Shown: positions 48,373-60,350 of the stretch, piece after piece
How the letters are laid out: each line of letters starts with the position of its first letter
Numbering within the stretch: the stretch's first letter is position 1
Source of the DNA: Mustelus asterias
Lineage: Eukaryota
Reading direction: 5' to 3'
Length of the DNA stretch: 64,000 bases
Assembly: GCF_964213995.1 (NCBI RefSeq)
Contig: NC_135801.1
Span: 117,614,001 to 117,678,000 of the forward strand
Notes under the pieces: generated by a model
The model's input: only the letters and a program-made list of their open reading frames with translations
Told to the model about the DNA's origin: nothing
Databases searched by the model: none
Program-made: the position numbers and the translations under genes

Positions 48373-50469
48373 TCTGGTCTGCTGTATAACATTAACACTG
48401 TTGTTTTGAATTTATGCTATGTTATGTATTATTGAACCACCACCTCACAGGATGGATTTTAATAAATGTGGAAATTAAAATCCACGGGGATTGATTCTAA
48501 TCTTGCAATTCCACTAATTTCAAGGTCAAGCCAACTATTGTGTGGAAACTCAATTGCCCTCAGTAAAATGGGGTGAGGGAGACCCTCACTCCAACTCAGA
48601 ACTGGGAAGGATGGTGGATATCAAATCCTTAGTGCTGCCATGGAAACCTCAAAGGGTGGGTGGCTTCCAACAGAACTGGGTATAGAAAGGTTTTGCAAAA
48701 GCCCAAAGGTTATCCAGACAAGTGTTTGAGGCCTCTAAAAGGCACATGTTATAACTCCTTTCTGTTTATTTTTTAAAGGTAGGCAACAGACTTTCATGAG
48801 TCTTTGTGGTTGCTGTTATTTATTTAGGTTTTTTTGCTTTTTTATAGGCAACAGTGGTTTGCCAAATGAAGGTCTTATGAGCTGATACGTGTAGAGGATG
48901 AAGAGAAGCTGTGGAAGGATACCAGGGAAATCTAGCTCTCCTGGTGACCCTCTATTCCTTCCTGCCATGCCTGCACCTGATGACTGAGAGTGATAACATT
49001 ACCTTTCCATGGCAGGCACTATACTGGTGGACATTCAGAAAGAAGTTTAACTGGGACGTTATTCAGAAGAACACCAATCACAGCACTTTATACTTTATCC
49101 AATGCTACATGAAAGATGACATGCCAGGGTGATCAGGATGTAATGTTCCTTGCTGACTGCACCTGTCGAGATGCCGGGAAAATTCCCAAAGGTGCTGGCA
49201 AGTCTTTTGAGGAACAAACATGGGCAACTATCGTCTCAGCATTCAGTGAGCAGAGGGGCAGATGCCAAGCTGCACCAACCATTTTGTGAACAATACTATA
49301 TAGGAAATTTTGCCCAGGCAGGGGCAGTACCAGTGAGCTGAGGCCTAAAATATGGCAGGCATGCTGCATTGTTTGATCTATAGGATGGCGCTGTGGAGTG
49401 GCACACGGCAACTAATCTCGCAAGCAGCTCCAATATCACCACCTCGCCTTTGGCAGCTGTCAAAGCAGAAGTCAGGAGTTGGGTTGTATCATTAATTATT
49501 CCTTTGCTTTTAGACTTGTTCCCCAGGCTTTCTTTCCCTTCGCCTTTGTACAATGTTGCATAGTCTCTGCTCCTAAAAACCTCGGCAAAAGCCGCTGTCG
49601 TGTAAATGTCCTCATTGTGCCAATGTCCTAAATTGCGCTTACATATAATTGTCCTTTCCTACCACTCGCACCATCTCTAGTAGCGTCTGAATTTGCAGCT
49701 GGAATTGTATTTGAGCTTAGACTAGATAATTGACTACCATTTACACCTGGGATTCAGGTCGGATTTGAAACAATGATAATCAAATTCGAAGTTTGTTGCA
49801 TCTGGAGATGAAAGTTGGCTCGGCCCTACGTATGCAAATGAAATGCTTATTTGCTTGAGACAGAAGCTTCTGACAGTGCTGGTGACGTTCCAGTAGAACA
49901 AACTCCCACTCATTTTCCACCGTCTGACTGCCAGAACTATTTCAGTACAATAGGCAGTCAGAAGAGGAAAATCCAAACAAATCACTTCATAAGTGATTCA
50001 TAGGCCGGAATCTTATAGCTCTCTGGGGCAAGGATGACAGGTTGGTGGATGGGGGGGTTGCCAGGGGGGGTTGTAAAATTGAGCAGCACAGCATTGGCAC
50101 TGTGCCCATTTCCTAGCTGCCCAGCTTATCCCACTATCTTTTTTCCAATGGTGGAAGTGGTGTTAAGTGGCTCACTTGGCACGGCCAAATGAGGCTCTTA
50201 AGTGGCTATTGATAACCATTTAACCCCATACTCCAATCATCACTGGGGTTTTACCCATGGCAGGGAAGCCTGGCACTAAGTTACCAGTCCATCTAGTGAA
50301 ACCTGGCAGACTGGTGGCCAGGCATGAGGGGGAGGGCCTCCTTTTTGGGCTTCCAGTGCCTATCAGAATCTTCCTCAAGATAATTCTCCATTCCACACCC
50401 CACCTTCACCCCCCACCTCCCTCAACCCCAAAGGGCCTGTTCCCATGGTTTACTATTCTTTGTTCTTCT

Positions 50470-51047
50470 GGAAAGAAGGATATATTTTCCATAGAGGGAG
50501 TACAATGGAGGTTCACCAGACTAATCCCTGGGATGGCAGGTTTGTTTTATGAGGATATGGACCCACCTGAGGGGACGTAAAGCCTCTCTGTACTGTATGA
50601 TTCTATGCTTTATGAGAGATTGAGGAAACTGGTCTTGTATTCTATAGTCTTTCAAAGAATGAGATGCAATCTCACTATAATTTACAAAATTCTCACAGGG
50701 TGTGACAGGATAGACGTGGACAGGATGTTTCCACTGGCTGGTGAGTCTAGACCGGGGGTAGTGGGTGGGGAGCAGAATCTCAGATTAAGAGGCAAGCCAC
50801 TTATGACTGAGGTGAGGAGAAATTTCTTCAGTCAGAAGTTGGTGAATCTTAGGAACTGTCTACCTAGGACTGTGGAAGTTCAATCACCGAGCATGTTCAA
50901 GACAGGAACTGATAGGTTTCTGGATCCTAATGACATCAAAGGATATGGAGATAGTGGGGGAAAATGGTGTAGAGGTGGATGATTTATTTGAATGGCGGAG
51001 CAGGCTTGATGGGCTGAATGGCCTGCTCCTTCTCCTATTTCTTATGT
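50470..51047 (+). mobile_element. CR1 3' portion
   Basis: EGVQWRFTRLIPGM; RRNFFSQKLVNL; hairpin tail GGGCTGAATGGCCT. Confidence 0.85.
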
Positions 51048-51344
51048 ATCCATGTCCGTAAAGAGTTGCATTTAATAAAAATCTTTCGCAGCCATCAAAC
51101 ATCTCAAAGTATTTTGCAGTCAATAACGTACTTTTGAATTGTGGTTACTGTCGTAATGTAGGAAACACAGCAGCAAATTGATGCACAGCAAGCTCCCATA
51201 TCCAATTTTTGTGATTTTGAGATGTTGATTGAGGGATGAATGTTGGCCAGTATGCCAGGAATAACTCCCCTATTGTTCTTCAATAATACTTTGAGAGGAT
51301 AGATTGGGCCTTGAAGGTTTCATCAGAAAAATGGCATCCCTAAC

Positions 51345-52125
51345 ACTACAAATGTGTGGTAATGCATTTTGGAAGATCTAATAAAGATAGGAACTATACA
51401 GTAAATGGCAGAACCCTTAAGAACATTGATAGGCAGAGGGAACTGGGTGTACAGGTACACAGGTCACTGAAAATGGCAACACAGGTGGAGAAGGTAGTCA
51501 AGAAGGCATACGGCATGCTTGCCTTCATCAGCTGGGGCATTGAGTTTAAAAATTGACAAGTCATGTTGCAGCTTTATCGAACCTTAGTTAGGCCGCACTT
51601 GGAATATAATGTTTAATTCTGGCCACCACACTACCAGAAGGATGTGGAGGCTTTGGAGAAGGTACAGAAAAGGTTTACCAGGATGTTGCCTGGTATGGAG
51701 GGCATTAGTTATGAGGAGAGATTGGAGAAACTTGGTTTGTTCTTACTGGAATGATGGAGGTTGAGGGGTGACCTGATAGAAGTCTACAAGGTTATGAGGG
51801 GCATGGACAGAGTGGATAGTCAGAATCTTTTTCCTAGGGTGGAAGAGTCAATTAGTTGGGGGCATAAGTTTAAGGTGTGTGGGGCAAGGTTTAAAGGAGA
51901 TGTACGAGGCAAGGTTTTTACACAGAGGGTGGTTGGTGCCTGGAACTCACTGCCGGGGGAGATAGTGGAAGCAGATACAATATTGACTTTTAAGGGGCAT
52001 CTGGACAATTACGTGAAGAGGATGTGAACAGAGGAAGGATACGGGGTTTTAGTTCAGTCAGGCAGCAGGTTTGGAGGGCCAAAGGGCCTGTTCCTGTGCT
52101 GTAATATTCTTTGTTCTTTGTTCTT
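51345..52125 (+). mobile_element. 5'-truncated CR1
   Basis: VMHFGRSN...VVKKAYGMLAFI...RGDLIEVYKVMRG; tail (TTCTTTG)3. Confidence 0.9.
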
Positions 52126-52181
52126 TGCAGCACTCCTTCTGTACTGCACTGGACAGTCAGGCTAAGTTCTGAAGTGGGACT

Positions 52182-52396
52182 TGTTATAATGTAACCAATG
52201 CTAACATGCTGTGAGGGTCAGCTGACCTGGTATAAATAGAAAGCAGATGGGGATTGTGGGAAGCATTTGTGGCCCCGGGTGTGGCCCAAATGGTGGTATA
52301 ATGAAGTTTCTTTATTAAACCTTTTTCTTTGATTTACTTTGTGAAGTTAGTTCTTTTATTGCTTGCAAGTGAAGTATCCTTACTGCCAGGTGAACA
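52182..52396 (+). mobile_element. Small solo LTR
   Basis: TGTT...AACA ends, TATAAATA, ATTAAA; flanks GGACT/GAACT; interrupts the SINE cleanly. Confidence 0.6.
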
Positions 52397-53538
52397 GAAC
52401 TTGAATCTACAACCTTCTAACCTAACGGCGAGTGGTGTCACCAATGAGGTAGTCACAGCCAGCACTTTGCCATGCAGCCTGTTACCTCTTCTCTAGCTGT
52501 AAGAAGAAGTCTGCAGCTGAATGGTAGCAATGGGATGAATAAAAGGGAGAATGCACTTTCATGACCTATGACTAGTTTCTATATCCATCATGTTTTCAAT
52601 GCCTCAGATTATCTGTAGACCAAAACTGAGCATGGAGCAAATAACTTACATAGATCAATGAATTGTTGTCACTGCGAACATGTGTTTTACTTTGTGATTT
52701 TTGACCATTCAAATGATTGGCACCTCTCGGAGACAGGATTTCCTCCCCATTGGGGGAAGAAGCCCAGCCACAAGCCAATTAATGATGGCCATGAAATGTC
52801 TGGGGGCGGGGGGGTGGGGGGGGGGGGGGGGGGGTGAGCCAGCCAAACCAGGGCAGGTTTGCCCAAAATTTTACACCAGGGGCGAGGACCCTGCCCCAGC
52901 TTAAAGTTCAGCCCACAAATTCATAGAATAGTGTAGCACAGAGGAGCCCATTCAGTCCATCATTCTGTGCCAAATTTTCTAAAAGCGCGCTCCAGATAGT
53001 TGTTTCCAGAGGCTTACTGGAGTATTCTGGCAAGAATATTTTATGTTAGAGTGAAACCATGTCCTTCCGATTTACGGGTGAGAATACACACCACACAGCC
53101 AAACCTGACAGCTAAGGTTTTACAATGTCTTGCCCTCCTGTGATTATCTGTGATCTGTGTAAAATTTCAGTATACATCTATGTTTTATCCTTTACGACAG
53201 CCCAGAAATTGCTATTAACAATGATACCAAATGAGCATTTATTGATATCTTATCAAATTCCTTTGCCCGCTGCTTAGTAGTGAAGTTAACTCAATTAAAA
53301 TAATATCCTGCATTACAATTTTCAACATTATAGCAGTGACTACATTTCCAAAATAGCTGTAAAGCAGATTATGATGTCCTGTGCATGTGAAATGTATGTA
53401 AATGTGTGACTTTCAAATAGAGTCATAGAGTCATAGATGTTTACAGCATGGGACCAGGCCCTTCAGCCCAATTTGTCCAAGCCGCCCTTTTTTAGACTGG
53501 TGCTTCTGTTAAAGTCGTTGAGAAAGAAATATGATAGC

Positions 53539-53800
53539 TGTTGTATGACAGTATATTGTCTCGTGAAGGTGTCTGGGGTCTAGTATGGTTGAACAATAAC
53601 TATTTATTAATAATACATAACTATATATATATATATGTGCAGGATACAGTCCTAATCAGGTGCTATCTCTGTGCAGACTTTTACCAGACTTACTACTACA
53701 CTTTACTACTGTCATGTGACTGTCTACATCATAATGTGGGGTGGTACTGTTTCCCTAATCCCACATTAACTCTTACAGTCTCAAACACCCTCATACTACA
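53539..53800 (-). mobile_element. Solo LTR related to those at 10938 and 33500
   Basis: TGTTG...CTACA ends; flanks ATAGC/ATAGG. Confidence 0.7.
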
Positions 53801-55504
53801 ATAGGAACACATTTGTACAATAACATCTCTCACAGTAATTTCCAAGCCACCATTTTCCACTGGAGTACTTCTATTTCTTAATGTCCAACATTGCTTTCAA
53901 ATCCAGTCATACTGACACAAATTTCATGTTGATCTACATAGATTCACCAGTAACTTGAGCATCATGGGTTTTAAATCCATGCATAAATGTTTAAAAACCG
54001 ACACTGCACTCTTGGACGGAATCTGTATTAACTTCTAATGCTTCTGCCCACTGTTTCTGTTGCTGTGGGAAAACAGACCTTCAGCTCAAGCCAAGTGGGG
54101 ATGAGGTGCCAACTTTGGATCCAAAACTAACTTGGAGCTGCCTTGGAGCAAAAAGATCTCTTCTTTCTGGCTTCAAGTCTTTTCCCCTGGGTGGCCCACC
54201 TTCCATCGTCATGATTGGAGCTCAGGATTCAGTTGTGTGGCAGTAATGATGGCTGGCTGGTAGTGTAAAAAGTGATTAAGCTCCAGCACTGCTTGTTTGT
54301 CCAGTGAGGAAGCAGTGCAGTATTAAGAAAAATGACAAAAGCCCACTGTTTGGCATCAACACTGAATTTGAGATTGGTGTCATGAAATAAAAAGTACAAT
54401 ACAAGACAAATTCAAAGCAATCCCACCATTCATATCTCCAGGCTTTTGCATCCCCCTGAGTGCTTCCCTCATCTGGCTGGATGTAATGTGTAATAGAATA
54501 ACTCCTTACAACATGCTAAACTATCACATCAAAGTATGATTTGCTGTTTTCTAAATTTTTCTTTGCCTGTGTAACAAGACGATTATAGGAGATCTGGAAG
54601 TGGTACATTGGCCACATTTTATTAATCACACAAAAATACATGAAGCAAAAATAAAACACATTGCAGTCAAAATTAACCATTGATTTATTCTTGAATCATC
54701 AAGGCAGTTCTTTTGGATCCAAAAATATACTGTTATGGTTACAATTAGTTTCATATGCCAGTATTTAAGATGACTTCCTTCTATCATGCTATATAAATTC
54801 TCGAATTGCAGTTTTTACACCTAGTCTTCATCCCTAGCATGCTGTTGGGAGAGATATTGAGTGCAAACATTTCCTCGGAGGGAGATAGAATCAGAAGCTG
54901 GTCACTGTTATTTAAGTTCTGGTGTGAGTTAAAGAGATGAACTGTTGGATATCTGGAGAGAAGGCCTTCAATTTCAGCTGGAGCAAGTGCGCAACATGAA
55001 ATGATCACGAGAAAAAAAACCCAACAAAATCAAGTAAAGCTTAAAAAAAAAGTTTTCAAACTTATAATTTGGAAGTATGCCAAAATGATTTGCTGAATTC
55101 CCTGAATTACTTTGTTCACTTGCATGGGACACCAAACAAACATGAATGGTTGGCACCAGAATGAATAAGTAAAAGGTTCCAGAGACATTCTGTCTCTTGA
55201 CACATGAATAATTTGCAATATGTATATTGCTTTTTTGGAGATGTGCCTTAGGTAGATTTTTACTCTGATGTGAACCATGTGGGCTCCTCCTCGACCTGGA
55301 CATTCTGCTATAAAACGAATTGTGATGAAATTTGTTTACTGTTTCCGGTATTGTGCTTATTATCAGAGTTATATCTGTGATTCTTCTTCATAAAGATATG
55401 TTAAGTTACAGACCATCAGTTGCATTTGCAATTAATTTAGGAATTGTATTTAATTTTTCAATATATAACTTTTGATTTTTAGGCTGTCCTGCAGTTACTA
55501 AACT

Positions 55505-55857
55505 CATAGAATGCCTACAGTGCAGATGGAGGGCATTCAGCCCATCGAGTCTGCACCGACTCTCTCTGACAGAGTATATTACCCAGGCTCTTTCCCCACA
55601 ACCCTATCTCCCTTATATATCTACCATGGCTCATCCACCTAACATAAACGTCTTGAGACACTAAGGGGCAATTTAGCATGGCCAACCCAACTAACCTGCA
55701 CATCCTTGAACTGTGGGAGGAAACCGGAGCAACCGGGGGAAAGCCACGCAGTCACGGGGAGAATGTGCAAACTCCACACAGTCATCTAAGGCCAGAATTG
55801 AGCCCGGGTCCCTAGCGGTGTGAGGCAGCAGTGCTAACTACCTTGCCACCATGCCAC
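55505..55857 (-). mobile_element. HE1-like V-SINE
   Basis: Complete antisense copy. Confidence 0.9.
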
Positions 55858-56450
55858 ATCACAGAAGGAGGCCATTCATCCCATCATGCCAGCTCTTTGA
55901 AAGAGCTATCCAATGTGAGCAATGCCCGATTCTTTTACTTTTAATGTATTTATCAAAAATTTCCTTTTGGATGTTACTATTGAATCTGCCTCAAAAAGCC
56001 TTTTAATAAACTAATCTTAACTAGATAAAGTACAGATAAATTGCTAATGTATTCAGATTTCAGGCCTAAAAATGTATCCCTCCAAATTTTATAACTCCTT
56101 CAACATGTCAATGATGAAGGTTATGACCTGATTTCCTCTGGTGTATTTTAAAAGCAAAATAAGTGTTTGCTAGCCAAAGGCTAGGACAATTACTGAAGCA
56201 AAAAAAAAATGCATTACAATATATCAGCAGAAAAAAATGCAATAGTGGGCTGTCATATGCAAACATATACAGAAATCTGATGAGGGTGGGTTACTCCTGA
56301 AGTCTCGCCGTGGACCTCCTCACGTCCAGAAACCTCAATTTAAAAATTATTGTCTCAAAAATGGAGCATAGATAGGAACAATCGTGATTTTGGCTTTTAC
56401 ACAGTGCCCTTCTTCGTCTAAATACTTGAGTAGTGAATAGAAAAAGTACA

Positions 56451-57425
56451 GTTCATTTATTAGTGTCACAAGTAGGCTTATATTAACACTGCAATGAAGT
56501 AATTGTGAAAATCCTCTAGTCACCACACTCCGGCGCCTGTTGAAACATAGAAACATAGAAAACTACAGCACAAAACAGGCCCTTCGGCCCCACAAGTTGT
56601 GCCGAACATATCCCTACCTTTTAGGCCTATCTATAACCCTCCATCCTATTAAGTCCCATGTACTCATCCAGGAGTTTCTTAAAAGACCCTATTGAGTTTG
56701 CCTCCACCACCACTGACGGCAGCCGATTCCACTCGCCCACCACCCTCTGTGTGAAAAACTTCCCCCTAACATTTCCCCTGTACCTACCCCCCAGCACCTT
56801 GAACCTGTGTCCTCTCGTAGCAGCCATTTCCACCCTGGGAAAAAGCCTCCGAGAGTTCACCCAATCTATGCCTCTCAACATCTTATATACCTCTATTAGG
56901 TCTCCTCTCATCCTACGTCTCTCCAAGGAGAAAAGACCGAGCTCCCTCAGCCTATCCTCATAAGGCATGCCACTCAATCCAGGCAACATCCTTGTAAATC
57001 GCCTCTGCACCCTTCCAATCTTTTCCACATCCTTCCTGTAATGAGGCGACCAGAATTGAGCACAGTACTCCAGGTGGGGTCTGACGAGGGTCTTATATAG
57101 CTGCATCATTATCCCCGGACTCCTAAACTCAATCCCTCGATTGATAAAGGCCAGCACACCATACGCCTTCTTAACCACTTCCTCCACCTGCAGGGCCGAT
57201 TTTAGAGTCCTATGGATCTGGAGGTACACTGAAGGAGAATTTAGCATGGCCAATGCACTTAACCAGCACATTTTTCGGACTGTGGGAAGAAACCGGAGCA
57301 CCTGGAGGAAACCCACGCAGACATGGGGAGAACGTGCAGACTCCACACAGACAGTGACCCAAGCTGGGAATCGAACCTGGGTTCCTGGCGCTGTGAGGCA
57401 GCAGTGCTAACCACTGTGCCAACAT
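56451..57425 (-). mobile_element. Rex-tailed V-SINE split by a CR1 (halves 56451-56541 and 57222-57425)
   Basis: GGCGCCTGTT | AGGTACACTGA rejoin to match intact copies (CCTGTTCAGGTACACT). Confidence 0.85.
56542..57221 (-). mobile_element. Young 5'-truncated CR1
   Basis: Open frame QIHRTLK...[17 protein letters not shown]...MEGYR; tail (TTCTATGT)n. Confidence 0.9.
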
Positions 57426-58044
57426 GCTGGCCTTCAAGTAATCTTTAATTCAAACTCTCTTCCCAAGCCAGACTTGCGAGAATGGATAAAGACAAGATTA
57501 TATGAGATGTTAGTCCATCCACAGCATTAGGATTTCTGAAGGATCACATCAATGCCACCAAGCTGCGCACCATCCCTCTCTGTCAGAAATTGTTAAATCT
57601 GGGATACTTTCAATCAATGCGCTTTCTTTCAGTGGTAACATCAATATCTATCAGCACATATTTATTATTTTATAATTCTCAACCAAAGGTTAAACTAAAT
57701 TAGATGCCAGAGATACAATATCAAGCTACCTTTGTTGCTACAGTTGCATAGAGTGCTCATCTAACAAACTATTTTGTTTTAAAGGAATTGATCCAACCAA
57801 ACACAAAGAGGCTTTTTTATGTGAGCTTGAGTGCAGGGTAACACATTAATGCTAAATTCTGTGTACTTGTTTAACAAAGTCATTAGCCCATTTAAAATAA
57901 AGAAATGCCTTTGTTAAAAAAAAACAAGCAGTGCATTAAAATATTGCCATTTGTGTTCAGCTCCAACATGTCCACGCTAGATGGAAGGGTGATTTGCTGC
58001 AAACTGGCCGAGGTTAGACTCTGACAAAGATTCATCCAGGCTCA

Positions 58045-58730
58045 AAACAAAGAGCAAAAGAACTAAGAAAATTACAGAACAGGAACCACAGGCCCTCCAA
58101 GCCTGCACCGACCATGCTGCCTGACTTAACAAAAACCCCCTACGCTTCCGGGGACCATATCCCTCTATTCCCATCTCATTCATGTACTTGTCAAGACTCC
58201 CCTTAAAAGTCACTACCGTATCCGCTTCCACTACCTCCCCCAGCAACGAGTTCCAGGCACCCACCACTCTCTGTATAAAAAATCTGCCTCGTACATCTCT
58301 TTTAAAACTTGCCCCTCGCACCTTAAACCTATGCCTCCTAGTAATTGACTCTTCCACCCTGGGAAAAAGCTTCTGACTATCCACTCTGTCCATGCCTCTC
58401 ATAATCTTGTAGACTTCTATCAGGTCTCCCCCCAACCTCCGTCGTTCCAGTGAGAACAAACCAAGTTTCTCCAACCTCTCCTCATAGCTAATGCCCTCCA
58501 TACCAGGCAGCATCCTGGTAAATCTTTTCTGTACCCTCTCCAAAGCCTCCACATCCTTCTGGTAGTGTGGCGACCAGAATTGAACACTATATTCCAAGTG
58601 TGGCCTAACTAAGATTCTATAAAGCATCAACATGACTTGCCAATTTTAAAACTCAATACCCCAGCCAATGAAGGCAAGCATGCCATATGCCTTCTTGACT
58701 ACCTTCTCCACCTGCATTGCCACTTTCAGT
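58045..58730 (-). mobile_element. 5'-truncated CR1
   Basis: ORF 57977..58633 [20 protein letters not shown]. Confidence 0.9.
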
Positions 58731-58734
58731 TACC

Positions 58735-58845
58735 TAAAACATTGGCTCTATTCCCTCCCCACAGATGCTGTCAGACCTGCTAAGATTTTCCAGCATTTGC
58801 TGTTTTTGTTTCAAATTCCAGCATCCGCAGTAATTTGATTTTATC
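58735..58845 (+). mobile_element. PLE-type terminal repeat fragment
   Basis: Matches 45250-45345 (TTGGCTCTATT...CAGACCTGCT...CCAGCATCCGCA). Confidence 0.65.
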
Positions 58846-59249
58846 AGTACTTTTCTTAATTTCTTTTCTGTCCACCTCAATTTACAGAGCCCAAAATTAT
58901 TGTGGCACCTCACTGTCACTGTGTTAGCTGAAAAGATTTCAAGTTTTATTTTACAAATTTTACAAATGATGCTGGCTTTTAAATGAGCCATTTCCACAAT
59001 GGAAGTCACTATTTCAAATGATGGTGCAGCCCACATCCTCTGGGCCCTGATCCTGACAAGATGGGGCTGGATATTGGTCCGTGCTAGGATTAGACTCAGA
59101 CAGGCAGGCCTGGAAATTAGCCCCACCAGGTGGTGGGCCGCAACTCCATCCTTTTTCTCAGGCCATTTTTGTGGAGATGGGATCAGACAGGAAAGGCAGC
59201 AAGCTTACTCACACACACGCATGTGGTGGATAGCTGATTAGGTTTGTTA

Positions 59250-59583
59250 AGGTTAGCACTGCTGCCCCACAACACCAGGGACCTGGGTTCGATTCCGGCC
59301 TTGGGTGACTGTGTGGAGTTTGCATATTCTCCCTGTGTCGGCATGGGTTTCCTCCGGGTGCTCCAGTTTCCTCCCACAGTCCAAAGATGTGCAGGTTAGG
59401 TGGATTGGTTATGCTAACTTGCCCCTCAGTGTCCAGAGATGTGTAGGTTAAGGGGATTAGCAGGGTAAATACATGGGGTTATTGGGATGGGGCCTGGGTA
59501 AGGTGCTTTGTCAGAGAGCCAGTGCTGACTCTATGGGCCGAATGGCCTCCTTCTGCACTGTAGGGATTCTATGTAGGGATTCT
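59250..59583 (+). mobile_element. HE1-like V-SINE
   Basis: B box, V core and CR1-type tail. Confidence 0.9.
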
Positions 59584-60192
59584 AAGTGGTTAATTAGTTC
59601 GAATACAGTTGGTCAAATTGAATTTTCCGGTTGACCTCCAGCTCCCTGAACAATTGTGGTCTAGTTTAGGAGCCTGTAGCTGGCAGGCTTGGTTGGGGGG
59701 TCAGTGAGTGGGGGATGGGGGTTGGCTGGGGATGGTGGCGGTATGTGTACAGTGCTACAGGCAGGCTTAGAGGCCCTTCCAGCCTGCCTGCATGTGAAAT
59801 CATCCATATACCACACCAGAGAGAGATTCCCTCCACCTCAGTGGTGGCCTGGATGCTGAATCTCCTTTTTAAATGAAGATTTTAAAAAATTGGAGAGAGG
59901 GTGCCTCCGTGTTGAAGCACCCTCTCTCTCACTTAACTTCCATTACAGCCTTTGATGCGCGATTAATCCACTCGGGAGGCTAGATCGTACCCGGGAATAA
60001 AGGCTTTTATTCGCAACAAGAATAGAGCATACTGCTTAACAATACAATCCCAGACTAAGGGTCACTAGGAAGTGCAGTGACCTTTATACTCCTATAGGAA
60101 GGCGGAGCCAAACGGAGTGTACCACAGAACAATGCTAACAGGTGGAACACCCCAACCCTAACCCCAACAGTAACAAGAGTAACATATGTACA

Positions 60193-60282
60193 AGTACCCA
60201 TAGTGATAACCATCTATGGTTCAGTACCCATAGTGGTAACCATCTATGGTTCAGTACCCATAGTGGTAACCATCTATGGTTC
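60193..60282. repeat. 3 x 30-bp tandem repeat in LTR U3
   Basis: AGTACCCATAGTG(A/G)TAACCATCTATGGTTC three times. Confidence 0.95.
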
Positions 60283-60350
60283 ACCACATTCACCCCTCCT
60301 TTAAAAACAAAGGCTGGTGGGGTAAAAAAAAATACGAACTGTCCATATGT

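Larger units (their letters stand above)
51060..52450 (-). mobile_element. DeuSINE (SacSINE1-like) split by a CR1 and a solo LTR
   Basis: L2-type tail at 51060; Deu-like GATGTTGATTGAGGGATGAATGTTGGCCAG; resumes GCAGCACTCCTTCTGTACTGCACTGG at 52127; tRNA-like head remnant 52400-52450. Confidence 0.65.

Noticed and set aside
56627-57346. 239-aa ORF
   Set aside because: SINE sequence read through into an inserted CR1 fragment.
60150-60170. Telomere-like CCCTAACCCC in the LTR
   Set aside because: Only one true hexamer; too short to be meaningful.
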